Source: the human T2T-CHM13v2.0 reference genome, Homo sapiens
Direction: 5' to 3' (one strand)
Length of the DNA stretch: 64,000 nucleotides
Assembly: GCF_009914755.1 (NCBI RefSeq)
Contig: NC_060940.1
In this document: in pieces, positions 1 through 16,227 of the stretch
How the letters are laid out: each line of letters starts with the position of its first letter
Position numbering within the stretch: position 1 is the stretch's first letter
Translations under genes and position numbers: made by a program
The notes under the pieces: generated by a model
Database searches by the model: none
Seen by the model: only the letters and a program-made list of their open reading frames with translations
Told to the model about the DNA's origin: nothing

Positions 1-189
1 AGCAGGTAAAATGGAACACATCTAAGATGTACCCGATTTTCATTCTTATGCTCTTACTGCCTCAAAATCTCAAAAAGACTTCTGTCCTTCCCAGAACTTT
101 CTATCCTCAAATCCCTGTAGAAGAATGGGAGAGGCTGTGTTGTTGAAAAAACCCAAGTTCAAGGCCTCCTTACGCCAATACCTAGGTGC

Positions 190-651
<462 letters not shown>

Positions 652-1379
652 TCACATTCTAAAGGAAGTTCTTAAAGATTACAAAACTTCAACACCTAAT
701 GGGATTCAAAAGTAGTGGTAAAATTTTAGATCCTGGGATGGTTTTTTAAGCATATTGGGAGAATTCACCTTAAATTACACCTCATGGCCAGCTCCTATAA
801 TACATGGTTAGACAACCATATGATAAGGTCGGTAGGGTCTAATCATTGCAGAAAAGCAATTAGTATTTTGTATGGTAGGTAATCCAGTATCTCAGGGATG
901 AAAGCTACTGAAGTCTCAGCACTTTATCTTCCAGGACTCATTACCAATGGAGAAGATTGTCTAATTTCCATCTGATTTGCTTATTTTGAAAGTTATTATT
1001 TGATCGCTCTGGCTCCTAGACACACAGAAACCTCCTTTTGGCCAACCATGGCTAAGAGAACCTGATCAGTGAAAATAGATCCACCTGAAATGCCTCATCA
1101 GATCCAAAGTTCTCACTGAAGACAAGAAGGAGAGAGGTCAGCAGCACCTTATTTTTCTGAGACCATAACCCAAACTTAATTTTCTCTTTGATTCATAAAC
1201 TCTTTTATTTTATCTTGGGCGAATTTCTCTTGATTTTTGATGTATGACTTGATTAGTCAACCAGCAAACCAATAAGTCTACAAGGAAGCAGCTCACGTAG
1301 TTGTAGCAGTAATGGTGGTATTAATAGTAGAGGTGGTAGTAGGAACATAGCGGTGGTAGTAACATAATAACTAGTCTCA

Positions 1380-1592
1380 TCTGTGTGCTTACTATGTGCC
1401 AGGAACTATTCTAGTCTTTTAACACTTACATTTAATCATGACAATAATCCCATGACATACTATTGGTTCCTCATTTTCCAGATGAAGAACTTGAGGCATA
1501 AGAAAGTAGGTTATTTGCCAAAAGTCATCAAGCTACTGAGTATTGGTGCCTGGATTTAAACCCAGGCGATCTGATTCCACATCCTTTGCTCT
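1380..1592 (-). mobile_element. MIR
   Basis: 'gcttactatgtgccagg...cattttccagatgaagaacttgaggc...ggatttaaacccagg' matches antisense MIR. Confidence 0.8.
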
Positions 1593-1639
1593 TGGACAGG
1601 ATTCTGTTCTGTTAATAATAATGGCAACCATAACTTAGT

Positions 1640-2118
1640 TTTTTAAAAAAAATTTTTCTCCAACTTTTATTTTAAGTTCAGGGGTATATGTGCAGGATGT
1701 GCAGGTTTGTTACACAGGTAAACGTGTGCCTTGGTGGTTTGCTGCACAGATCATCCCTTCACTTAGATATTAAGCCCAGCATCCATTAGCTCTTCTTCCT
1801 GATCCTCTCTCTCCCCCCACCACGCCCCAGACAGGCCCCAGTCTGTGTGGTTCCCTGCCATGTGTCCGTGTGTCCTCATCATTCAGCTCCCACTTATAAG
1901 TGAGAACATGCAGTGTTTGGTTTTCTGTTCCTGTGTTAGTTTGCTAACGATAAACTCAGTAAACTAGTTGGCTTCCAACTCTATCCATGTCCCTGCAAAG
2001 AACAAGATCATGTTCCTTTTTATGGCTGCATAGTATTCCATGATGTATATGTACCACATTTTCTTTATCCAGTTTATCATTGATGGGCATTTAGGTTAAT
2101 TCCATGTCTTTGCTATTG
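1640..2118 (-). mobile_element. L1PA (older primate) 3' end, 5'-truncated
   Basis: Antisense L1 3'UTR 'aacttttattttaagttcagggg...cccacttataagtgagaacatgc...gctgcatagtattcc'. Confidence 0.92.
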
Positions 2119-2889
2119 CCACAGCTTACTATTACTGAGTGTCTATTATGTGCCTGGCACCCTCTCTCTTCTATGCCCACAAAGCCAACTTGATGCTTCT
2201 GGGCAATCACAAAGGACATCAAGAACTTACATGGCAGCAGACTTACCCATTTCTCTAGCCCCGGGCCAACTCACACGGGGCTCCAGGACAATGAGTGCTT
2301 CTGTACCACCATATAATATCCCTTTCAATAACAAGTTATGGACGTTCAGAACAAGTGAGGCAACAAGGGTTTATAAAAACTGGATTTATTGGCATTAACT
2401 GGGTCCAAACATCAAAAAAAACCACAGGATGCCCAAGAGCCACGAAAACCGAGTGCTGTGTTTTTGACCCAAGCCAAATCCACTCACTTGGGGTCCCATC
2501 CTTTGCTGGAACACAGATACCCCCCAAACTTCTTGGGTCTCCCCCAGCATGGGACTACCCAGCCACATCTTTCACCTTCCCCAATTATTATTCAATTCAT
2601 TTGCATATGAATGTCTCATTAGGATATTATTAAATAAAAAGGCAATACTGTTTGCTGAGTCATACAGCCACTGTGTTCTTGGCTTACCCTATTTTCAAGA
2701 CTGCAAGTGATTGAAAACAAGGACGTCTCTAACCTCTGTATTTTATTGTTGAGGGCAAACTTCACTACCCACTCATTTTACATTTATTAATGCATCATAA
2801 ATCTTAACAATATCACTAGCCCTCATTATCTTTCTATTGAGCCACCTATGCAAAATACTTAAGACATAATCCTTAAACTTAAACACCTT

Positions 2890-4170
2890 AATTATGTTTT
2901 AAACTGTTTTTAAATAATGTTAGATTTATGGAAGTGTTATAAAGATGGTGCAAAGATTTTTTATATACCCTTCATTCAGGTTCCTCCAATGTTAACATCT
3001 TACTTACAAAACTAAGCTACTAACCTTGGTACCATGCTATTAGCCAAACCATAGACTTGGTTTCTTCACTTTTCCCACTGGTATTCTTTTTCTGTTCCAG
3101 GATCCAAGCCAGGATACCATATTGTACTTAGTTACCATACCTCCTTTGTCTTCTCCAACTTACTACAGTTTCTCAGCTTTTTCTTTTCTTTTTTTCTGTT
3201 TTATCTCATATGACCTTGGCACTTTTGAAGAATACCAGTCATGAATTTCACAGGATGTCTCTCAAATGGGGTTTGTCTGATATTTTCTCATAATTGGATA
3301 GAGGTTATAGATTTGGGGGGAAAGAATGTCACAGAGGTGAAATGTCCTTCTCATCCCATTACATCAAGGAGTAGGTAACATCAGCATGACTTATTACTGG
3401 TGAGATTGACATTTATCACTTGATTAAAGTGGTACCTGCCAAGGTTCTCCACTCTAAAGTTACTATTTTTCCCTATTGATACTCTGTTCATAAGAAGCAA
3501 GTCACTAAATCCAGCCCACATTCAAAGGGAGGGAAATTGAAATCCATCTCCTTGAAGGATGAGTATCAAAGAATTTGTAGACCATCTATTTACCACCACC
3601 AGAATTAACAAATTTGAGGAGGGGAAGATATTTTAGGACTGGGCAACTCTCCTGTTTCTCCTCAAAGTTACCCACTAATTTTAGTGTTCGTCTGTGAATC
3701 TGGCAAGAAGCAATTATTATTACATTGTTGTTGCAATGGTGATTTTCTATTTCCTTTGTTCCTTCTAGTTTAATTGCTTGAATTATTCTCTAAGGAAGAT
3801 TGGTCTCTTCTCCCACATTCATTTATTACTTCATGTATTTATTTATAACTGTGTGGACTTGTGGATATTTATTTTACCTCTGGGTTATAATTCAATATTA
3901 TCATTGAATTATTTATTTTGTTGCCTGAACTGTTCCAACCTAGCCATCAGGAGTTCTGTCAGGTTGGTTCTTAGGTCCTTTTGACCTGCCCTCATCTTTT
4001 TATTATTATTTTTTCATTTTTGGCACTTTCTTACTTACACACACTGCAGGATACTTCAGGTTCAACTTCTATTATCCTTATCACAGCCGTAGACTCAAGC
4101 ATCTCTCCAAAGAGCCTTAATGCCTTTAGTTGGAGAATAATATTTAGAATCTCAGATCTAGGTGTTAATT
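2890..4170 (-). mobile_element. L1MC4/L1MC5-like 3' region
   Basis: 'ccaggatccaagccaggatacc','gggtttgtctgat','aaagtggtacctgccaaggttctccactctaaagttact' resemble the L1MC 3' end consensus. Confidence 0.75.
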
Positions 4171-4289
4171 ATATTTTATTTTCTGTTTCTAATAATAATC
4201 CCTGCTATACTTCCCTCTTCCAGTAAAATTAATTATCATTACTGCCTAAGACACTACTCAACATCAGGGCTGGTGCTAATCTTTTTATA

Positions 4290-4910
4290 AAAATATATAC
4301 ATTGGCTCCGTCAATCCTCAACAAATCCAGAAGGTAGATCCTAGTATTTATCCTTATTGTACCAAGCAAGGCTCAGAGACAATTATGTTTTTCCCTGTCA
4401 CACAGCTGCTGGTAACTGGTGGAACTGGGTTTGAGCCCAAGTCTTCGTCTGTACCTCACACTCTTTTCTATGCACCTCTCCCGCCTTGGGATATAAGTTG
4501 AGTGGATTTGGAGTTAAACCAACCTGACATTGGTCCCTGGTTCTGCCATTTCCTAGCAATGTGACCTGTGTGAGTTTTAGCATCTGTAAAATGTCATTAA
4601 TAAAACCTGCTCTGCAGGTTGCTGTCAGCATTAGGGAGTGTGTATATAGCACACCTAGCTCTGAGCACTTAGGTGAGGACCTGTGGCTCCTGTGGGGCAG
4701 TACAAGCTTAGCAGTTAAGGGATTAGCCTCCGAAGACAATATTTAAAGCTTAAATGCTGATCTTCCACATCTAGCTGCTTAATGTCCCTGGGCCGCAGTT
4801 TTCTCTTCTGCAAATGGAGTCACTCTATAAGTGGGATTATAGGGACTACCCAATGCAATAACATCTCTGCACAATTTACTAAAGTGTTTGATGCACAGGA
4901 AGAGCTAAAG
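4290..4910. mobile_element. Cluster of three MIR fragments (one -, two +)
   Basis: 'caaggctcagaga..ggtttgagcccaag' then 'tgtgacc..catctgtaaaatg' and 'cagttttctcttctgcaaatgg'. Confidence 0.6.
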
Positions 4911-5536
4911 TCATATTGATTGTTATCAGGATTATTATTTGAATCCCCAACACCTACAAGAGTGTCTAGTTTGATATATTTGAATGAGAGCTAAGCTCAG
5001 CAAGGGTAGCCCATCAAACACCCTTTTTTTGCTTTTGCTTCAGGATTAATATATGCATTCTTCCTATCTCTCTGAATGCCTCTCCGGTATTACATTCACC
5101 TGGCTGCTCAGTTCCCCACAGCTCCTCATTTCCCTAGGAAGAAGTCTCCATGTAGTGCCCCATGAAGAGGTTGCTATTGTGACGGATGGTTCTGTTGGAA
5201 CTGCAGGGCATTGACAAACAACAACCCCATACATCACAGGGCCATCAGGACAGGCACTTTGGTAATGTATTATGTGAGTGCATCATCAGAACACTGTCAC
5301 CTTCGTGACGGATTCATCAATACATGGGGCTGTCATAAAACAGAAGAGAACACGGTGTAAGAGGAAGGGAAATCCTCTTAATGAAGAGGAAGTACTAATA
5401 GTAAAATACAAGTTGCACAAATCCTCTTGCAAATAGATGCTAAGAGTGACATAGTGGCAGGGAGAGATGGCAGAGTACCCCAGTGGATGGATTGTTAACC
5501 TGGAGCCCTGGAGTTTGGTCCCAAGTCATCTCATGA

Positions 5537-5851
<315 letters not shown>

Positions 5852-6530
5852 CTTCCTGGCATTTTTTCATCATCTACAAAGTGAGTTTGCTAGCCCCAAT
5901 CAGTGCATCACAAAGCATGTTCCATAGGATGCTAGTCCTATGAGACCCTTCATGGAAATCCTGAGTTTAACATATTTACACAGGTTGATTTGCACTGAAA
6001 CCTCATAGAGACTAAAATATGTCAGTGTTACCGCCAGATCCTCAATAGCATACAGAGTGAGTCCTCTTGCTCAAAATTACCTGGCCATGCAATGCTTACT
6101 TTTGATGTGATACATGTTAATCCACTCCTCTGTGATAACATCATATTCAGTGGTCTGTGAGATCCCTTTCAATTCCAGAAATGTAGTGACATGAGCACAG
6201 GTTTTGGGACTAGAGAGACTTGGAATCAAAACCTGGCACCACCACATATAAACCTGAGACTGGTTCACTTTTCTGTACCACTGTGTTTCCATCTGTAATG
6301 CACAGGAGATAATACTCAATTCAGGGTTGCTGTGAGAAGCACACGAAAAGACATTGTAAATTACCTACTACCCTGCCGGAATGCAACTTCTGTTCACTAA
6401 GAGATAGCTCTTATTACTGATGATAAGAGCCAACACTTATTAAGTGCTGTTAAAAATGAGGCACTGTACTTTTTTCCATCAATCACCTTCCTTAATCTAC
6501 AAAATTCCAATGAGTACTAAAATCATCAAA

Positions 6531-6860
6531 TTATATATATTATATATAATATATAATTTATGTATATTATTATATAGAAATATATTTTATTATATAAGAA
6601 ATATAAATCTAGTATGTATAAATTATATATAAATGTATTTATTTATATTTTATAATAAATATATTATTTATATATAATTTTTATATATTATATACATATA
6701 ATATAAATATATAATTATATAAATATACAATATATATACTTATATAAATATATTATATAAATATATAATTAAATAATATATATTTGATATATTTATATAT
6801 ATTAATATTTAATATATTTATATATAATTTATATATAACATATATATTTCATATATATAA
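6531..6860. repeat. AT-rich (TA)n-like low-complexity tract inside a MIR
   Basis: About 330 bp almost entirely A/T; MIR-like sequence resumes at 6861 'gaaactggggaaagattaaatgacttgcc'. Confidence 0.9.
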
Positions 6861-7306
6861 GAAACTGGGGAAAGATTAAATGACTTGCCTAAGAGCAAGT
6901 ATGTGGCATGCCAGAATTCAAACCCCAGGTACCACACTCCAAAGTCTATAGGCTAAATCACTACGTTATTATGCATCCCTAACATAAATTAAGGAACACT
7001 ACTATCAGTTTACAAGTTCACCCTGAGTATTAACTATTGACCTACAAAGTCTATTATGATATGCCTCAGTTCTAAAAGGGCAGGCTCTTGAAAACCTTGA
7101 TTTTCTTGGAAGTTTTGCTCTGCAAGTACAAGGAATTCATGTGTCACCATGTTTTACAATGGTATTATTACGATGTCTTAGAATATCAACTTCAGCAAAT
7201 CCTCCACAGCTTTCATGTCTGGCCTTGAATAGTGATGGCAATGAAGGAAGAGTATATTATTGTAGTTGGGGAAAATCTTTCTACAGTGTTCAAACATCTC
7301 ACCTTC

Positions 7307-7665
7307 TAGTATGGTTTGGCTGTGTCCCCATTCAGATCTCATCTTGAACTGTAGTTCCCACAATTCCCACTTGTCATGAGAGGGACCCAGTGGGAGGTAA
7401 CTGGATCATGGGTGTGGGTCTTTCCCATGCTGTTCTCGTGACAGTGAATAAGTCTCACGAGATCTGATGGTTTTATAAAGGGGAGTTGCCCTGCACAAGT
7501 TCTCTTCTTTTGTCTGCTGCCATGTGAGATGTGCCTTTCACCTTCCACTATGATTGTGAGGCCTCCCCCGCTGCGTGGAACTGTGAGTCCATTAAACCTC
7601 TTTCTTTTTTAAATTGTCTAGTCTTTGGTATGTCTTTATCAGCAGCATGAAAACGGATTAATACA
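7307..7665 (+). mobile_element. THE1B/THE1C solo LTR (MaLR)
   Basis: Starts 'tagtatggtttggctgtgtcccc', contains 'gaataagtctcacgagatctgatgg', ends 'aaaacggattaataca'. Confidence 0.93.
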
Positions 7666-8978
7666 TCTCCCTTCAGACATGTTCAGCCAACCAGTTTGCT
7701 CTTACGTGAAGAAGGTATGGTTTGCCCAATTTCAATAGTAACCAAGCATAATACATGAATTAGAGCAACCTCCGTATTGCAACTATTTACCCATGAAGGA
7801 TAGGAAAGGCAGAAGACTATATGATCTACAGAAAGATCATGAGACTCGAAGTCAGAATACCTGGGTTATTAATGTTCACTAACCAGCTCTCCGACTGTAG
7901 GCAACACATTTTTGCTTCTCAGAGCATTGTTCTCTTGGTATTTAAAAAGAAAATATATAAGCAGGATAATCTCTGAGGTTTCCTCCAGTTCTGTATTCTG
8001 TACTTCTCTGAATATTCGGCTGCATACTCACCTCATTTGCAAAGTCCCAGACTAGAACAAGGGATACCAAAACACTCATGGAGTGAAGTATCACATCAAG
8101 CCTCAGCCACTGGCATGCACAAAGTAAAAACGCTAACACTACAGATTTGGATATTCACCCTGGTAATGGTGAGATTTAACTTCAGTAGAGAGCTTCCATA
8201 TCACATAACGGTGTATCATTGCACTACGTTTTACTTCCCCTAGCAAATAAAGTACCCAGGAAAAAAATTGAAAAGAGCATACATTGCTTTATCGTCTTGT
8301 GAAATTACTGGGTTTCAAGCCAATAGAATGCCTTAATGCTCAAGTTCTCAAGGGTGATACAAAGTGCAGAGCATCTCTGTTTGTGAAGCTAAATTTAATA
8401 AACAGAGTAATCCCCTGGCAGGCCCTGGGATTTTTCTAATATCCTGATAGTGTCAAGGGAGAGGGTCTTGATATGTGAAAAATAGCATAAGATCTTACAA
8501 CCAAGCCTTACTAGAAAGAATGCACTTTAATTGCGGCATCTGCTTTCACATGTTGCGGTGCTGGATTGGACAGAATTTTGTGTGTGTGCTGTCCACAAGC
8601 CATGGGGTGCATGGGGTGCTGTCCAGATATAGTGGTGCTGAACCAGAAGCTTCTAAATCCAGTGTTGCCTAGCCTAGCCTTGAGACACAAAGACCACGTT
8701 CCTTTACCAGCTATGAAAACATCCTTATTCTATACCCTCTCTCTTACAGGGTATTTTAACTACACACTGGAAAAAATTTCTGCTAGGATATCTTACAATA
8801 TAACTGCAGCATAAACACTATCATCATCATCCTCATCATCTCCATCATTTGGGGGCACCCATTATGCCCCAGTCGGTGACAAGCATTTTATGAAATACAC
8901 ATTTTTTATATATGTGAATCCTATTGTGATACTTTTTATTAAAAAAAAAAACAACAAAAACAAAAAAAAAACACTGTC

Positions 8979-9390
8979 TGTCTTAGGTCAAGTTTCCTAG
9001 AAGAAAAGCCTGAGTTGGGTGGAGGGAGTTCTTGTGCAAGTGATTCACTAATACAGTACTATCAGGAGAAGACGGATGAAGAAAGTGGTATAGAGAAGGG
9101 GGGTGGAATCTTAAGCAAGGATAAAGAGAGAAGATTAAATTTGGAGCACAAACTGCACCACGGAGCTGATTCCACCTTGAGACATTTTAGTATCCCTGTC
9201 AGTCATTGGCTGTAGACTTCCCAGGGAAAGGAACACCCTCCCAGTTGAGGTGGCTCCCATTAAGCCTGGATAAATTCTCTAAGGAAGGCTACAGTGAGCT
9301 GTTAGAAGCCAACATTCACAGGAACTGGGAGACTGATGCACCAATGGCAAAGAGAATCCGAACATGTACACAACAGCAACTACTACATTG
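8979..9390 (-). mobile_element. LTR16-like ERVL LTR
   Basis: 'tgtcttaggtcaagtttcctagaag..agcctgag..ttcttgtgcaagtgatt' is the antisense LTR16 3' end. Confidence 0.65.
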
Positions 9391-9440
9391 TTAGAGCTCG
9401 ACCCAGATTCTCAGATTCCTTTCACCATTTCCTTGTACCC

Positions 9441-9961
9441 TGTTCCAGTTACTGCTGAAGTCACCCCAAAAGCTTAGTTGTTAGTAATAAGGTATTTAAT
9501 TATTTATTTTGCTCATGATCCTGTAATTTGGGCAGGATTCAGCAAGGAAGGCTCATCTTGGTTCCATGCAGCCTTAGGTAAGACAGCTCAACTGGAAAAT
9601 ACACTTCCAAGAGGGCTCACTCACATGGTCAGCAAACTAGTACCAGCTGTCAGTGAGAGCTTAGCCAGGGCTGAGGGCTGGGATCCTTGGTCTCCCTACA
9701 TGGTACTCTCCATGTGGCCTGATGTTCTTTAAAGCATTTGGTTGGGTTCTAAGCACAAATGTTCCAAGGGAGAGAGTGAGCACCCTTCGTGACTCAGCCT
9801 CATATGTTAAATAGCATTTCTTCTGCTGTTTTCTATTCATCAAGAAAGTCATGAAGACCTCAAGTCAATAGACTACACCTCCCAGTGGGAGAGAAACAAG
9901 GTCCTTGATGGAGCTTATAGGATGGGAAATATTGCTGTGGCCATTTTTGAAAAATACTGTC
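9441..9961 (-). mobile_element. MLT1F-like MaLR LTR
   Basis: 'ttccaagagggctcactcacatgg','gggaaatattgctgtggccatttttgaaaaatac' typical of MLT1F-class. Confidence 0.75.
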
Positions 9962-10019
9962 TTAGAACCTACATCTCCTCACCAGCTTTTGGGTCATTTT
10001 TTAGTAGCTGATGCTTGAG

Positions 10020-10350
10020 ATTCTGTCTGAGAATCACAGAGAGACCCAGGAGTGCCTAGGAGTGCAGCCCTCCTATGGCAGCCCCAGCCAATTATTGACT
10101 GAGGGCTTTATACAAAAGTTCCTTGCTGCAAGTTGAAGCAAACTCAGAGACATACTTTATATTCCAGAGCTTCTCTACAGGATTAGGCCAGAGCTTGGAC
10201 TTCCCTGAAACTCACCTTCTGTTTTGCTTCTTTCCCTGTCCTGCCCTAGTTTCTCCACTCCTTTACCAGTTTCTACTGGGAGCATTTTCTTAATCATTTG
10301 CACATGAATTATCATCTCAGAATCTACTGCTGGGAATCTCACCTAAGACA
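10020..10350 (+). mobile_element. LTR16-like ERVL LTR
   Basis: Ends 'atcatttgcacatgaattatcatctcagaatctactgctgggaatctcacctaagaca'. Confidence 0.65.
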
Positions 10351-10714
10351 ACCTCCCTCTTAGGAAGTCATAATGCTTATCCACTGTGTCACTTATCTAA
10401 TGTTGAGACAAGATTCACCTTGTAATCTCCTGTTTTATATTGTTTCACAAACTTTGATATCATCATTTATCTTTATCTTTGATTTCCCACACACTGCATT
10501 ATGCAGTGTCTTATTTATCTCCATTTTTCCAATTTCTGAGAAGTAATGTGGGAAGAGAATGAATGCTGTTGAGCACTTACTGTATGCCGGGTACAGTTAA
10601 CCTCTTTGCATTCATTATCTCAGCTAATTATGAAAGCAATTCTTTTGAAGATTATTTTATCAACCTCGTTATATAAATAAGGATGATGATGTTTGGAAAC
10701 AGGGCCATTATTCT

Positions 10715-10830
10715 AGACAATGTCAGTAGGAGCCTTGAACAGAATATTCTATGTGAAAGCACCCCCCAGGAATTCAGGGTGACTGACGCCCTCTAGAGTT
10801 GTGCGATATACTAGTCCTTCTCAGAAGGAC
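10715..10830. mobile_element. MER91-like hAT-Tip100 relic containing a CTCF-like motif
   Basis: 'gacgccctctagagttgtgc' resembles the MER91 'gccccctagagttgtgca' signature. Confidence 0.5.
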
Positions 10831-12924
10831 ACAGAAAATTCCCTAAAGCTGCTCAGCTGGAGAGTAACAGAGCACAGGTTTAACTATCTGCTTGATTCTG
10901 CCTGTTAAGATTTATGGGTTATTTTTAATATCTTTCTTTTACCCCAAGTAGGCTTTTTAATGGTTGTATTCTCTGTGTGATGATAAAAATATTTTAATAA
11001 TAGTAAAATAAAATTTTAAGAACCTAAAAAGCCTGTCTTATTCTTTGGCTGAAGTCTGTAGGGTGGGGGGTGAGGGTAAGGTCTTCACCAGATTTAACGG
11101 CATAAGAAAGAGCTGTCTTCCAATGGGAATTGAATGGGAAGTTACTAGGAAATGGATCAGGGCCCTGGTAAGCTCAAGAGAACACGAATTTTCTGCCAAG
11201 AGCAGCCACGTTTTTCTTTTCTGATTTTCTAGCTGGCTGCCTCACTCACAGCTTTCTCTGCAACGGGTGCCTCCACAATTGTGATAGAGAATGACATGCC
11301 CCAGCATAATGCCTCAACCCAAGTGTCAACCTACCCTTGACAGAGAAGAGAACCCCAAACGAATCTCCCAAGGTAAGTGACAGGCCCTTCCAAACAATTA
11401 AGAGCCTGATTATTGAGGGCAGCCAGACATGAGTTTGAATCCCGGCTCCCACAACTGACCAGCTATGTCATTTGAACGTTGGAAGCCTCAGTTTCTTCAT
11501 CTGTAAGATAAGGATTTATTTGATTATTATAAACATAAATAGAAGAATAAATTTAAATCACTTAAGCATTTGAAACACATTGAGCTACTGTTATTGTTGT
11601 TATTGCCAATCATCCTTATAATTAGTCATAAGGCTATTCTAGATTCACAATTATCAGCTACACCTTTACTTGAATGAAAAGCTTAAATTAATTTGATTAT
11701 CCCTTAAACCCTTTGGTTTGGTTATAACTTTTCTTATGTCTAACATTCTCTCATCTTACAGTACCCTCCCCCTAGTAAACACATATACTCATATACATAC
11801 ATATACACATACTCCAAGCTCGTGGACATATTTAAATCATATTGTCCAAGTCAATTGCCACAGTAAATCCCAGGTTGCAGCCACCAGTGAGTGGCAGGGC
11901 TGGAGATAAAATTCCAAGGAAACTGTGGCCTAATAGGCAGCACATGACTTTTTTTTAAATAACTGCAATGCCTTACGTCTCTGTGACATGGTACCATTTG
12001 TCTTCTTCCTTGGGCATTCATTATATCACATGACCCTCTCCACCATGCTGCATGGTAGGTATAACTACTAGCCAAAATGATTTGCCCAAGGTCACCTAGC
12101 CACTAAGTGGAAGAGCTCAGAGTCAGACCCAATTGCATTTGCCTCCAAGCCTGGTGCCCTTTCCATGTTACCTATTTGCCTCCCAGTATTGTTGGAGCAT
12201 TTAATAGCAGACGCTTTTCCCATAGCTGGTTGATTCTAGGGCAGGTAAGTAATAACCCAGCAGGGCCCACCAGGCATTGCTGAGTTTAAGATGTTGAAAC
12301 AGAAAGAGTTTGAAGGAGAGAGGCAAGTGTTCTCCCCACCGCCATTCCAGGAGTCTGACACATCCCTGTGCTTACAGATGTCACCATTAATGTCCTTTCC
12401 CCCAGAAGATTCAGGCAGGAGATCTGGGCAAATTCATCATGGCCCTGAACATAATGTTGATGAATGATCTCATTAACCAGGCAGCCTGTACCATGTCAAC
12501 AGCAGCCCCAATCCCTTGCGTGAAGCCTCGCTCAGCATTCTCATTCTTCTTCTCCCATCCGCAGTCTTTCTCCCACCTCCCAGCCCTACAATACACTAAG
12601 CTATGGCATCCCATATAACTGCTCTTCCTTCACACAAACCTGGGAGCTGGTTAATACCAATTTCAATCATACAGATAAAGACACTGAGTCTCAAAGGAAT
12701 TAGATGTTCTCAAGCTCCAAGAGGCTTCAACTCAGGCCTGGCCAACCCCAAAGTTCTGCTCTTATCTCAACACTGTACTAACTTTCCTAGACTTCTTAAC
12801 AGTTTGCAAAGCCATTTTTATCCATTATCTCATTCATTCACCCAACCAATCCTGCGGGGTAAACTTTCTCACAGAAGGACTTTACCAGAAACTTGACAGA
12901 CCAGTATAAAATGTGAATGTAAGA

Positions 12925-14580
<1,656 letters not shown>

Positions 14581-14588
14581 GACAGTAC

Positions 14589-15195
14589 AGGCTGGGTGTG
14601 GTGGCTCATGCCTGTAATCCTAGCACTTTTAGAGGCAGCAGCAGGAGGATCGCTTGAGCTCAGGGGTTCAAGACCAGCCTGGGCAATGTGGCAAAACCCC
14701 ATCTTTCCAAAAGATACAAGAACTGGACTGGGTGTGGTGGGCCATGACTTTAATCCCAGCACTTTGGGAGGCCGAGGCGGGCAGATCACCGGAGGTCAGG
14801 AGTTTGAGACCAGCCTGGCCAATATGGTGAAACCCCATCTCTACTAAAAATTGAAGAAAAAAAAAATATCCGGGTGTGGTGGTGGGTACCTGTAATCTCA
14901 GCTACTCTGAGGCTGAGTCAGGAGAAATGCTGAAACCTGGGAGGCAGAGGTTTCAGTGAGCCAAGATCGCTCCACTGCAATCCAGCCTAGGTGACAGAGC
15001 GAGACTCCATCTAAAACAAACAACAACAAAAAATTAGCCAGGCATGGTGGTGTGTGCCTATAGTCATAGCTACTAGTCATAGCTACTTGGGAGGCTGAGG
15101 TGGGAGGACGGCATTAGACTGGGAAGTTGAGGCTGCAGTGAGCTCTGTTTGTGCCACTGCACTGCAGCCTGGGCAATAGAGTGAAACCCTGTCAC
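14589..15195 (+). mobile_element. AluJ split by an AluS inserted in its middle A-rich linker
   Basis: J-type left arm 14589-14722, complete AluS about 14724-15032, J-type right arm 15033-15195. Confidence 0.88.
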
Positions 15196-15888
15196 ACACA
15201 CAGAAAAAGCATAATACAGAGAGTGTCTCTGAGTTGTAGAAAAGAGAAGAAGGTGAAGATGGTAGATAAAGAAGAAAATAATACATTTTTAAAATAAAAT
15301 AAGTGTAATGCACAGTCTAATTATGATAATATGTCATGGACTGAGGACCAAGATCAAGTGCATTATATACACATAAGCTGCAAGAATGAGGCAAAGAAGA
15401 GGAAGAGGCTCATGGGTAGAGAGACAAACAGGGACTATTAGATCTTTGCCCCCCAACCACCACCAAAAAAAAAAAAAAAGAAAAAAGAAAGTAAAAATTA
15501 GGGAGTCAAGGGCTGAAATAAAGGAGGAAGAATCAAGACAGACAAAAAAACTTTTCAATGCAGTTTTAGAGGTGTTAGAGAGGATCATACCAGAGCTTTG
15601 GGAATTTCCCTTAAGCTGTACATGACTGAAGAGTACAAGGACAGGGATGAGAGCAAGGGATAGGGGTAGGGGGAGATGAAACCGCAAGTCCAGCAACCAA
15701 CATTGCCATTCTGCATCTGTCCTTCTGACCCTCTCTTCCTTGTCCATCAGTCCCTTAGCTCAAACTCCACCAGGAGTTATGACTTTGGATAACCCCGTTT
15801 TGGCACTTACTGTCTGACCAAGGGGAGGTTCTTTCCTTTCAAGCTGAGCCTCAGTATACTTGTCTACACAATAAGAATATTAACAATT

Positions 15889-16227
<339 letters not shown>

